From: Synechococcales cyanobacterium VAR_4_metabat_354
GTDB taxonomy: Bacteria; Cyanobacteriota; Cyanobacteriia; Cyanobacteriales; Chamaesiphonaceae
Direction: 5' to 3'
Length of the DNA: 21,537 nt
NCBI GenBank assembly: GCA_031414775.1
Contig: JANOQI010000013.1
Location: forward strand, 1 to 21,537
A model generated the notes under the pieces. It was not told where the DNA came from. It saw only the letters and a program-made list of their open reading frames with translations, and made no database searches. This document shows positions 9,541 through 17,698 of this stretch, piece after piece. The first letter of the stretch is position 1. The number at the start of each line of letters is the position of its first letter. Both the position numbers and the translations under genes were made by a program.

Positions 9541-9732
9541 TTAGCAGCTGCAACCAGAGATAAGCCCGCAAGCACTTCGGCAAGCTCTTCGGATGAAACC
9601 TGGCCAACTTGGTAGAAGTTTGCACCCACGACAACAAAGGTCGCAAGCAAGTCCTGATGCATAGATCTCAGCAGTAAAAGCAGCGGTGCTAACATCTCTT
9701 ACAACTGGTTGGGATTGAAGGGGAAGATACAT
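9541..9732 (-). CDS. Putative RiPP precursor: cyanobactin-type leader plus 37-aa core with 8 Cys
   Basis: AGGAG RBS (9741-9745) 8 nt before ATG. Leader MYLPLQSQPVVR resembles PatE LPQQGQPVIR; EIYAS resembles the PatA site GLEAS. Core GLACDLCCRGCKLLPSWPGFIRRACRSACGLISGCSC. Co-oriented downstream of the PatA-like protease. Confidence 0.82.
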   Translation of the reverse strand: MYLPLQSQPVVRDVSTAAFTAEIYASGLACDLCCRGCKLLPSWPGFIRRACRSACGLISGCSC

Positions 9733-9789
9733 AATTTTTTCTCCTGTTTGAATTGTTGAATGTTTGCTTTTTAAGTTTTGAGAGTTTAC

Positions 9790-9843
9790 CTAACACATAT
9801 CACTGGTTCGTGGTACGTGTGCGGCTAGGGTTAGATATTTCAT
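9790..9843 (-). CDS. 17-aa mini-ORF, possibly a degenerate third precursor or leader stub
   Basis: AAGGTG then ATG at 9843, reading MKYLTLAAHVPRTSDMC*; weak similarity to the MxLPxQxxPVxR leader. Confidence 0.3.
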   Translation of the reverse strand: MKYLTLAAHVPRTSDMC

Positions 9844-9882
9844 GATAGTTTCACCTTGTTTGAAAAATTCAGCTATCGAACC

Positions 9883-10044
9883 TCAATCTTCCATACCTTC
9901 CATACTTTCTTCCATACCTTCCATACTTTCTTCTATACCTTCCATGAATTGAGACGGCATTAAGCCTGTCATCCTGCTTGAGATTTTGGCTGTGCTACTT
10001 TTTCCTTTTCTGATTTTGGGTGGGGATTGAATTGGGATTAACAT
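9883..10044 (-). CDS. Putative RiPP precursor: cyanobactin-type leader plus acidic Met/Glu repeat core
   Basis: GGAGGA RBS (10055-10060) 10 nt before ATG 10044. MLIPIQSPPKIRKGKSSTAKISSRMTGLMPS|QFMEGIEESMEGMEESMEGMED (53 aa); GLMPS resembles PatA sites GLEAS/GVEPS. Confidence 0.75.
   Translation of the reverse strand: MLIPIQSPPKIRKGKSSTAKISSRMTGLMPSQFMEGIEESMEGMEESMEGMED
9887..9945. repeat. 21-bp tandem repeat, about 2.8 copies, encoding MEG(I/M)EES heptads
   Basis: TCTTCCATACCTTCCATACTT at 9887-9907 and 9908-9928, then partial TCTTCTATACCTTCCAT at 9929-9945. Confidence 0.9.
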
Positions 10045-10087
10045 GATTAATTGTTCCTCCGATGGTGTTAATATTTTGTTGCTAGAT

Positions 10088-12085
10088 TCAACTTCCTTCA
10101 GACCAAGACCGCATTGTACCGATACTGACAGGGAGTACATCGCTGACATCAACGGTGAATCGAAATACTCTGGCAGCCATTCGGTTATCTTCTACGTTAA
10201 ATAACCGTAGTTTCACGTCGTAGCAATCTGAATCCGGTCGGCAGACAGGACTCTTCTCTACAGCAATCTCATCAAGTCCGTAATTGCCGACAGCTGCACT
10301 AGTCATCACTTGGACAACCTGGAAGGCATTAGTTGCCGAGAAATTTAGTGCCCGATCCTCTGGCGTTAGACCTAAATTGCGATATTCGTAATAGATGCGT
10401 TCCAAATATTCTCGAACTTTTTGGTTTATATCCTCCTGGTTTGTATCCTCCCGGCTTGCTGCTGGTACGCTGGCCATCAAAGTATTTATTAAAACTGGAA
10501 CTGACCAACTATAAATGCCTCGAATATCCGGTACAATGACGGGGACTGTTTGGCCTGAAAGCAGCCTAACACTACCGCTGATGATTCCGGGAACTGAGAT
10601 GCGCTCTATATTCTCGTCTCCGAGAAACTCAATTAGTCGATCGTATACTGCACTCGCATAGGAACCGGAAGGTACGATTGCGTAGATGGGCGTAGCATCT
10701 AGGTTGAGCGTCCAAATCAGCGATTCTGCTGTATACCTATTTTGTCTGAGATATTCCAGCAAAGTCTGGTTGGGAAGCATAGCTTGCACAAATGAATCTC
10801 GGCGGGCTTCGGTGCCGAAATCAGTTCCTAGTTCTCCCAATGCGTAAACGAGCTGCATTTGATCTTGGCTGCCCGCCGCGCAGGAAGTACACTCAGAAGG
10901 GCTAACAGACGAAGCCACTACCTGGTTGGAAGTTCTGTTCATTGAAATTTCTCTCCTCGAATTTACGGTTGGCTTAAATGCCGGATTCTCGACTGCCGCA
11001 GCTTCTACTCCCACAATCGGTAGCCGAATTAAGGACTCAGATTGAACAACCTGAGCGGCTTCATTTTCTTGGAGCAAGTCCTCAGATGGTTGCTGGTTTG
11101 TGTTTTCTTGAAAGTTATTAGCTTCGCTAGATTCAATCATTGCTTCTTCTATTTTTTCATCAGGCATTGTTTGTTTTTCTCCTTTAATCATCAGGGCTTG
11201 CAGCCCAGGAACATTAAGCCTTCCAACTAAACAGCGCCGAACATCTAAACCCTTTTGTTGGTTACAGGACAGAGCGCTCTTGAGAATGGCCTCACGGACA
11301 GCATGGGAGTCGGGCTTTTCTCCCTGTTTTAGCTGTAAACTAAGCAACAGAGCAGCAATGCCGGAGACAATAGGAGTAGCAAAGCTGGTACCCGTTCGCA
11401 GGGTAGTGCCACCACCGGGAACTGCACCCAGGATGTTGTCGCCAAGAGCAAGAATACCTTGGTTCTTATAAGCTCCGCCCCAATTGCTAAACTCGATAGG
11501 GTTCTCTTGAGAATCCATTGCTCCCACAGCCAATACTGACTCGACAGATGCAGGAACATGAAGGCATTCGCAGCCATCGTTTCCTACAGCAGCAACAATG
11601 AGAACATTTCTGTTCGCACACAAGTGGATTGCTTTGCTAAGCAAGGGGTCGGCCTTGCCAGATGGAGTTAGCTGACCGCCGCTAATATTAATGATATTAG
11701 CCCCCCCTTGAACGGCTTGCTCGATCGCTCGTGCTAAGTCCAGTTGGGAACAGGGTGCAAGTCCACCCCCTCTCCCATCTGTGAAGACGGGGATGACCAA
11801 TCCACGACAACCAGGAGCGATACCACTAATAGTGCTGTTGTGTTGGCCAAAGATGATGCTGGCGACGTGAGTTCCGTGTTGTGAGGCCGATCCTTGATTT
11901 GCAATTCCGGCAAATAGGGTTGGCCGCAGAGTCAGGTTTGCACCGTCAAAGCATGAGTGAGATTGATCAACAGGCCCGTCAAGGACAGCAACACATATGC
12001 GGGGATCTCCAAGGGACTTTGCCCAGAGAGATTTAAGCCCAGGCAATGCCCCAATATCTGTAAAGCCAACCTTTTCAAAAGCCAT
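10088..12085 (-). CDS. PatA/PatG-family cyanobactin maturation protease (S8 subtilisin domain plus C-terminal PatG-type DUF), PatA-like
   Basis: Triad motifs AVLDGPVD (D36), QHGTHVAS (H70), GTSFATPIVSG; CSQLDLARAIEQA; GNDGCECLHVPA. C-terminal VYALGELGTDFGTEARRDSF, LIWTLNLDATPIYAI, RALNFSATNAFQ, KSPVCRPDSDCYDVKL, FTVDVSDVLPVSIG. AGGAGG RBS at 12096-12101. No PatG macrocyclase insertion between D and H. Confidence 0.93.
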   Translation of the reverse strand: MAFEKVGFTDIGALPGLKSLWAKSLGDPRICVAVLDGPVDQSHSCFDGANLTLRPTLFAGIANQGSASQHGTHVASIIFGQHNSTISGIAPGCRGLVIPVFTDGRGGGLAPCSQLDLARAIEQAVQGGANIINISGGQLTPSGKADPLLSKAIHLCANRNVLIVAAVGNDGCECLHVPASVESVLAVGAMDSQENPIEFSNWGGAYKNQGILALGDNILGAVPGGGTTLRTGTSFATPIVSGIAALLLSLQLKQGEKPDSHAVREAILKSALSCNQQKGLDVRRCLVGRLNVPGLQALMIKGEKQTMPDEKIEEAMIESSEANNFQENTNQQPSEDLLQENEAAQVVQSESLIRLPIVGVEAAAVENPAFKPTVNSRREISMNRTSNQVVASSVSPSECTSCAAGSQDQMQLVYALGELGTDFGTEARRDSFVQAMLPNQTLLEYLRQNRYTAESLIWTLNLDATPIYAIVPSGSYASAVYDRLIEFLGDENIERISVPGIISGSVRLLSGQTVPVIVPDIRGIYSWSVPVLINTLMASVPAASREDTNQEDINQKVREYLERIYYEYRNLGLTPEDRALNFSATNAFQVVQVMTSAAVGNYGLDEIAVEKSPVCRPDSDCYDVKLRLFNVEDNRMAARVFRFTVDVSDVLPVSIGTMRSWSEGS

Positions 12086-12711
12086 TAAATTGAAACCTCC
12101 TGCATCTTCTAAAAAGACCTACCAGGGTTCAAATCAAGATGGTACTTTGGGCTTAGTCCCAAAAATTCAAGACTTTGATTTTATAAGAATTTAAATGATT
12201 TACTCTATAAGAAGGTACTATCCAAATTCCTAAGCTTTTATATATATCAAGTCTTTATTCCTTGATTAGTTCGCCGATTCATATTTAATTATGTTCTTTT
12301 TTTTACACATTGGAAGAGCTTAAGTGAAAAATAAAAGACATAATTATCTCATTTTATTAGCAATAGATTTTACAGTGAAGTCTCATCATTAGATAGTCAC
12401 AAAAACTATACCCCATAAGATTAACAGCTCTAATTAATTACTTGCATATATGAGCACTCAGAGCTGATTTAGAGCCACTTACAGCAATGAAATAGTCCAC
12501 AACTGTATATATTGTGTCTTTTTATTATCACTATTTTCAGTTTGGCTAAAATCAAGATGGCAGTTTTTGCTTGGTCGTTTCAGGGCACTGCGCAGCTAAT
12601 GGATACTTGAATAGCCCATTCGGCAAGGCTTTTGAGTAGCTTGAAGTAAAAATCTGGAAAGCTATATGTATCAAGGCTTGGAAACTTGATCACCCATTAA
12701 GTAAAATGCCA

Positions 12712-12768
12712 TCACCAAATTCTGCTCATGCTCAATACGAAACCGGGCATGACTTCTATTGCAACTGA
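12712..12768 (-). repeat. Duplicated 3' end of a Uma2 gene (copy of 13759..13814)
   Basis: TCACCAAATTCTGCTCATGCTCAATACGAAACCGGGCATGACTTCTATTGCAACTGA versus TTACCAAATTTTACTCAAGCTCAATACAAAACCGGGCATGACTTC-ATTGCAATTGA: 6 mismatches and 1 indel. Encodes EVMPGFVLSMSRIW*. Confidence 0.85.
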
Positions 12769-12808
12769 GATAGTGAAACGAAAATGAAAGTTAGACTATA
12801 CTTAACCT

Positions 12809-13225
12809 ATGCCCAGACTAGATATCATCCACAATTCAGTAAAAAATGCCCTCATCAAAGATGGTTGGTTGATTACCGATGATCCTTACATCATTCAGTA
12901 CAGAAAAACGACACTATACGCCGATCTTGGTGCTGAACGACCTATTGCTGCCGAACGAGGTGGCCAAAAACTTGTAGTAGAAGTCAAAAGCTTTATTGGA
13001 ACATCAAAAATTCAAGACTTGAAAGAGGCTCTTGGTCAGTATGATATATACCGTTATCTGATAGAAGAAACAGCTCCAGAGCGTAAGCTGTATATGGCGA
13101 TCAGCGAAACTGCCTATAAAACCTTTTTTACTCAAGACGTAGCCCAGTTAATCATCAACAAACATCAATTACCAGTAATCATTATCAATGTTGATACAGA
13201 GGAAGTTGTAAAATGGATAAAATAA
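12809..13225 (+). CDS. xisH: XisH family protein (fdxN element excision factor-like)
   Basis: MPRLDIIHNSVKNALIKDGWLITDDP, DLGAE, VEVKSF, ALGQY, RKLYMAIS. Confidence 0.93.
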   Translation: MPRLDIIHNSVKNALIKDGWLITDDPYIIQYRKTTLYADLGAERPIAAERGGQKLVVEVKSFIGTSKIQDLKEALGQYDIYRYLIEETAPERKLYMAISETAYKTFFTQDVAQLIINKHQLPVIIINVDTEEVVKWIK

Positions 13226-13563
13226 CCTATTACCCTGAACTAATCAAACGAATTTTGACTGAGTATATAGAATTAAGTAACCTTCATTCCCACTCCGATA
13301 TTGAGCAATTTCTGATTGTGGATGAAGCCAAAGCTCACTATATCTGGATGAATCTTGGTTGGCAAAAAGGCGATCGAATCACTGGCATGACAGTCTATGT
13401 GAGAATCCGTGATCACAAATTTTGGATCGAAGAAGATTGGACTGAAGACGGAATCGCCACCGACTTAGTTCATGCCGGTGTTCCTCGGGAAGATATTGTG
13501 CTGGCATTCCATGAACCTAAAATGAGACAGTACACAGATTTTGCTGTTGCCTTATCATCGTGA
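13213..13563 (+). CDS. xisI: XisI family protein
   Basis: MDKITYYPELIKRIL, GWQ, KFWIEEDWTEDGIATDLVHAGVPREDIVLAFH, RQYTDFAV; overlaps the end of xisH. Confidence 0.93.
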   Translation: MDKITYYPELIKRILTEYIELSNLHSHSDIEQFLIVDEAKAHYIWMNLGWQKGDRITGMTVYVRIRDHKFWIEEDWTEDGIATDLVHAGVPREDIVLAFHEPKMRQYTDFAVALSS

Positions 13564-13758
13564 GACATGTTGCGAGATCGCAGCTATATTTCTGATAATC
13601 TTAACAATTAGCAAAGAGGCCATTCAAGCCCCAGTGTCATTGTTTTGAAAATTTCCGCCAAATAATGTCAGGTCGATCTTGTAAATATTATTCGGTGACT
13701 TCATCGAGGGTAAGTTTCTGCATGGGTTTGATACTCCTACCAAACTGAGAGCCAATTA

Positions 13759-14088
13759 TTACCAAATTTTACTCAAGCTCAATACAAAACCGGGCATGAC
13801 TTCATTGCAATTGATCGAAGCAGGAGATTCCAATACCTCTGGCTCTTGTCCTGGTCGGTATATCTCTACCTGCTTGTTTGTGGGATTGATAAGCAAACCC
13901 AGTCTCACTCCTAACCGTTGATATTCCTTCATCTTCTCCTGCAACGGCTTTAAACCATCCGTGGTCGATCTCAGCTCAATTACAAAATCAGGAACGACTG
14001 GACAGAATTGTTCGATCGAAACACCTTCCATGCGAGATTTTTCAATCCAAGATGTATCAGGAGAAAGCATCCCACCGCCGAGTGCCAT
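13759..14088 (-). pseudogene. 5'-truncated Uma2 family endonuclease
   Basis: SPDTSWI, PDFVIELRS, KMKEYQRLGVRLGLLINP, VEIYRPG motifs; the N-terminal part is missing and the frame begins just after the prmA stop. Confidence 0.8.
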
Positions 14089-14109
14089 AAAGTCAGGGAT
14101 GGAAGCCGT

Positions 14110-15009
14110 CTATTGCTCTTTCGATCGCTTAATGTTCAAACAAGCCCAGCCCTCTTGCTGCCATACCGAACCCAAATCCCAGCCATATCTTTCTAATTGC
14201 TGTGCCACATCAGACACCTGAGAACTGAGAATACCACTCAAAATCCCCCAGCCCCTGGGCTTCACTAGTTCGCCCATCTGCGGGATTAAATCAATAATTA
14301 CATTGGCCAGAATATTACAGACAAAACCATCTAGAGGTTCGGGGATCAACGTCAGCAGCATTTCGATGCTGCCTTCAGCCACTTGGAGTTGATCGATCGG
14401 CAGCCCATTCAATTCCATATTTTCAGTGGTGGCCTTCACTGCCAAGGAATCAGTATCTGTGGCGTAGACTTGCTTGGCTCCCAGCATCAAGGCCGCCACG
14501 CCCAAAATGCCAGAACCACAGCCCAAATCACCAATAATTAGCCCCGTCTGGCTGGGATTCACCCGCATTTCTAACGCTTTGAGACACAATTGGGTAGTTG
14601 CATGGGTACCAGTACCAAAGGCGGAACCAGGTTCCAGTTTAATAATCAATCGATCGGTTACCGGTGGTTGTAACCAAGCCGGATTGATCAAGAGACGATG
14701 ACCAATTTCCATCGCTTGCCAGTGATCTTTCCAGCTTTTGGCCCAGTCTTCTTCATCAATGAGCCGACAGCCCCCCATTGGTACCGAAACCTTCATCAGC
14801 CGGGCATCTTGCTCAAACTGCGCCAAAAAGGCCGATATTTTGGGTAAATCAGCTTGAATCTGGGGAATATAAGCCTTAATCATCAGACCTTCGCTCTGCT
14901 GATGCGTGGCCATCCCCTTGCAGCCGAAGTTTTCCAATCGCCAAAAAATCGTCTCCTCCAATATCGGATGACAGTTGATTTCGATTTCCCACCATTTATT
15001 GGAAGACAT
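14110..15009 (-). CDS. prmA: 50S ribosomal protein L11 methyltransferase
   Basis: EEDWAKSWKDHW, LEPGSAFGTGTHATTQLCL, DLGCGSGIL, CNILA, ILSGIL. Confidence 0.96.
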   Translation of the reverse strand: MSSNKWWEIEINCHPILEETIFWRLENFGCKGMATHQQSEGLMIKAYIPQIQADLPKISAFLAQFEQDARLMKVSVPMGGCRLIDEEDWAKSWKDHWQAMEIGHRLLINPAWLQPPVTDRLIIKLEPGSAFGTGTHATTQLCLKALEMRVNPSQTGLIIGDLGCGSGILGVAALMLGAKQVYATDTDSLAVKATTENMELNGLPIDQLQVAEGSIEMLLTLIPEPLDGFVCNILANVIIDLIPQMGELVKPRGWGILSGILSSQVSDVAQQLERYGWDLGSVWQQEGWACLNIKRSKEQ

Positions 15010-15047
15010 GCGGATGCAGGATAGATGTGTATAGAAGAGCTGAGCTT

Positions 15048-16634
15048 TTAACCTTGCAATGTGACGGTATAGGAGTCGCGGATGCCCGGAATTTTGCTGA
15101 TTTCGGGCAAGATGCCATCGGGTAGAGGATCGTCGAGGCTAAGTACCATGACCGCATCACCCCGGACAATTTTTCGCCCGACTTGCATACTAGCGATGTT
15201 GACATTAAATTTGCCCAGCAAAGAGCCAATGTTGCCAATAATCCCTGGTACATCTTCATGTAGCGTAAACAGCATGTTTTGAGTAGGGGAAACGCTTACC
15301 GGGAAACCATCGACGCTGGTAATCCGAATTTCTGCGTGACTGAGTAAAGCACCTGTCACACTGTGTTGACCTAGGGTACCTTTGGCGGTGAGCTGCATGG
15401 AGCCAGCATAGTCCCGCTGCGAAGGGTCGCGGGTTTCCACGACGTTAATGCCCCGTTCTTTGGCTTCAATGCCAGCGTTGACGTAGTTAACCCGTTCTTG
15501 CAAGGCATTGGTAAGCAGACCTTTGAGAGCCGCTACGACTACTGGCTTGGTTTGTTGCTCGGCTAAATCGCCAAAGAACGAGATATTCAGATGATCAATC
15601 CGGCCTCCAGCCAACTGCCCAATCATATTGCCCAAGGTTTCGGCCAATTGCAGATAAGGCTTGAGGTTTTCCATATCCTCCGGGCGTAAACCGGGAATAT
15701 TTACTGCTGACCTAGCGGGCAGACCGAGTAATACATCACGGATTTGTTCGGCGACATCGAGAGCCACGTTCACTTGTGCTTCAGCAGTGGAGGCTCCTAA
15801 GTGCGGTGTGAGGACTAGTTCTTTGCCCACTGCTCGCAACGGAGAATCGCCGAGGGGTTCTTGAGCAAATACATCGATCGCCGCCCCGGCAATTTTGCCA
15901 CTGGTAATTGCTTCGGCTAGAGCGGCTTCGTCAATAATGCCGCCCCGCGCACAGTTGATAATCCGAGCATTTGGCTTCATTTTGCCGATCGATTCCGCAT
16001 TGATCATATTCGCCGTTTCTGGCGTTTTTGGGATGTGGAGAGTAATGTAGTCGGACTGCCGAAATAGTAAATCTAGTTCTACCAAAGTGCAGCCGAGTTC
16101 TTCTGCACGTTCCGCCGAGATAAAAGGATCGAAGGCTAATAGTTTCATGCCCATGGCGCGCGCCACTGTGGCCACATGGGAGCCAATTTTTCCTAAGCCT
16201 ACTACGCCCAAGGTTTTTTTATAGACCTCGGTACCTACAAACAGCTTGCGGTTCCACTCGCCATTTTTCATTGATTGGTTGGCGACCGGAATGTAACGTG
16301 CTAGGGACAGCATCATGGCCAAGGCATGTTCAGCTGCTGCGATTGTATTACCTTCAGGGGAGTTGACTACCACAATGCCTTTGCGAGTAGCTGCCGGGAC
16401 ATCCACGTTATCGACCCCTACGCCAGCTCGACCAATAATTTTCAGTTTACTAGCGGCATCAATGATCTCTTTGGTCATCCGGGTTTCTGACCGAATCATG
16501 ATCGCGTCGTAGTCCCCAATAATTTTGAGGAGTTCGTCTGGCTTCAGGCCAGTTTTGACATCTACTTGTGCAACTTGGGATAATATATCGATTCCAGCTT
16601 GGTCAATTGGATCGGAAACAAGAACCTTGGACAT
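15048..16634 (-). CDS. serA: D-3-phosphoglycerate dehydrogenase
   Basis: [45 protein letters not shown], and a C-terminal ACT domain ([16 protein letters not shown]). Confidence 0.97.
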   Translation of the reverse strand: MSKVLVSDPIDQAGIDILSQVAQVDVKTGLKPDELLKIIGDYDAIMIRSETRMTKEIIDAASKLKIIGRAGVGVDNVDVPAATRKGIVVVNSPEGNTIAAAEHALAMMLSLARYIPVANQSMKNGEWNRKLFVGTEVYKKTLGVVGLGKIGSHVATVARAMGMKLLAFDPFISAERAEELGCTLVELDLLFRQSDYITLHIPKTPETANMINAESIGKMKPNARIINCARGGIIDEAALAEAITSGKIAGAAIDVFAQEPLGDSPLRAVGKELVLTPHLGASTAEAQVNVALDVAEQIRDVLLGLPARSAVNIPGLRPEDMENLKPYLQLAETLGNMIGQLAGGRIDHLNISFFGDLAEQQTKPVVVAALKGLLTNALQERVNYVNAGIEAKERGINVVETRDPSQRDYAGSMQLTAKGTLGQHSVTGALLSHAEIRITSVDGFPVSVSPTQNMLFTLHEDVPGIIGNIGSLLGKFNVNIASMQVGRKIVRGDAVMVLSLDDPLPDGILPEISKIPGIRDSYTVTLQG

Positions 16635-16808
16635 GGTGAGTGAGGTGAGTATACTGTGCAGGGGATAACGATCGGATGGTAATTGATCGTGCAGAGTGCC
16701 ATTTTAGGTCTTATGGGTGCGCTTCGGAGCAGCGATTTATCTAAAGTTCCTATTTTCGGCTATTTTTCTAACTAATTTAACAAATCTACAAATTTAAGCT
16801 TTAGATAT

Positions 16809-17324
16809 ATGAATTGTCTTATTACGGTGTTGATCGATCGAATCCAAGCCGAAGCGGCCTATACCGAGCTGGAACGCCAGGGTTTTGCGATGGATAAGGT
16901 GACGATGTTAGGACGCGGTTATAAAAGTGCCGATGAATTTGGGTTGATCGATCCGAATAATGATGCCATTAAGCAATCAAAGCTAATGGCATCTTGGATT
17001 GTGCCATTTGGTTTTTTGGGTGGGATTGCTTTTAGTTTGGCAACTGGGTTGCAAACCTTCGCTTGGGCTGGCGAAATTGGCAATCATGTAGTCGGTGGCG
17101 TGCTGGGTGCGATCGGTGGCACGATGGGCAGTATTGCCGTCGGTGGCAGCATGGGCAGGCTTTTTGGACGCAAAGATGCTTTGCCTTACCGCAGTTTGCT
17201 GGAGATGGGTAATTATATTGTGGTGGTGGAGGGTTCGGCGCTGGTGATTCAACAGGCCACCAAGATTTTGCGGACTTTTAATCCGGAAAATATCCAAAAC
17301 TATACCGATCCTTATAGCGCCTAG
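16809..17324 (+). CDS. Conserved cyanobacterial membrane protein with two Gly-rich hydrophobic segments
   Basis: DRIQAEAAYTELE, GYKSADEFGLIDP, glycine-zipper helices, DALPYR. Confidence 0.8.
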   Translation: MNCLITVLIDRIQAEAAYTELERQGFAMDKVTMLGRGYKSADEFGLIDPNNDAIKQSKLMASWIVPFGFLGGIAFSLATGLQTFAWAGEIGNHVVGGVLGAIGGTMGSIAVGGSMGRLFGRKDALPYRSLLEMGNYIVVVEGSALVIQQATKILRTFNPENIQNYTDPYSA

Positions 17325-17358
17325 GAGGATGCTTGAAAAGCCTGAGTCAAGCTAGTCG

Positions 17359-17549
17359 CTTGAGAACGATGCGTATCTAAAAACCAAGGCAACTGTCTAT
17401 ATCAAGCCGTTGTCGGATGAGGTGGCAACTTATCGTTTTCCCCGGGGCGGTGGAAGGTTTGGCGGATGGAGGGTGAGGAGTCAGCTCCGGCGACAGCAGC
17501 GGGGATTTTTAGCGGTTTGAAGCGATTTATGAAAACTCTGGGTGGCTAG
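17359..17549 (+). pseudogene. Frameshifted gene remnant, possibly a DUF1995-like C-terminus
   Basis: VYIKPLSDEVATYRFP, then after a frameshift GRWKVWRMEGEESAPATAAGIFSGLKRFMKTLGG* (TAG 17547-17549). Recalls the YYLRPL..RCYPGPWQVW...LQRFLRAL pattern of DUF1995 proteins. Confidence 0.35.
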
Positions 17550-17698
17550 CTAAAAATATTTTCTCTTGCCGTCTTGAAATAGCCCTGGTTCAGCAATGAC
17601 TTACTGACAAGTATTGATAGTGCAAATTTTCTATGCTCAAAAATAATGTATCTAGATCCGTACAATAAGACAATATTTGGGAATCCTAATAATATTAG

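Noticed and set aside
9887..9945. CRISPR or non-coding repeat interpretation
   Set aside because: Units are contiguous with no spacers and lie in frame within an SD-led ORF. No CRISPR array was seen anywhere in the window.
10045..10152. 89-aa version of the acidic peptide ORF
   Set aside because: It overlaps the protease 3' end; the GGAGGA SD and leader motif point to ATG 10044.
10088..12085. Calling the protease a PatG macrocyclase or the locus a canonical cyanobactin cluster
   Set aside because: No oxidase domain or macrocyclase insertion, no AYD/SYD follower or LAELSEEAL in the peptides, and no patD/patF in the window.
12809..13563. Complete fdxN-type excision element
   Set aside because: No XisF-like recombinase or interrupted nif/fdxN gene; orphan xisHI pairs are common in cyanobacteria.
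13688..13723. AGGAG-led mini-ORF MQKLTLDEVTE* downstream of the Uma2 fragment
   Set aside because: Could be a decayed small gene, but it is too short and stop-riddled to assign.
15023..15033. AGATGTGTATA resembling a Tn5 mosaic end/Nextera adapter
   Set aside because: Only the first 11 of 19 bases match, and it sits in a normal serA-prmA spacer; likely chance.
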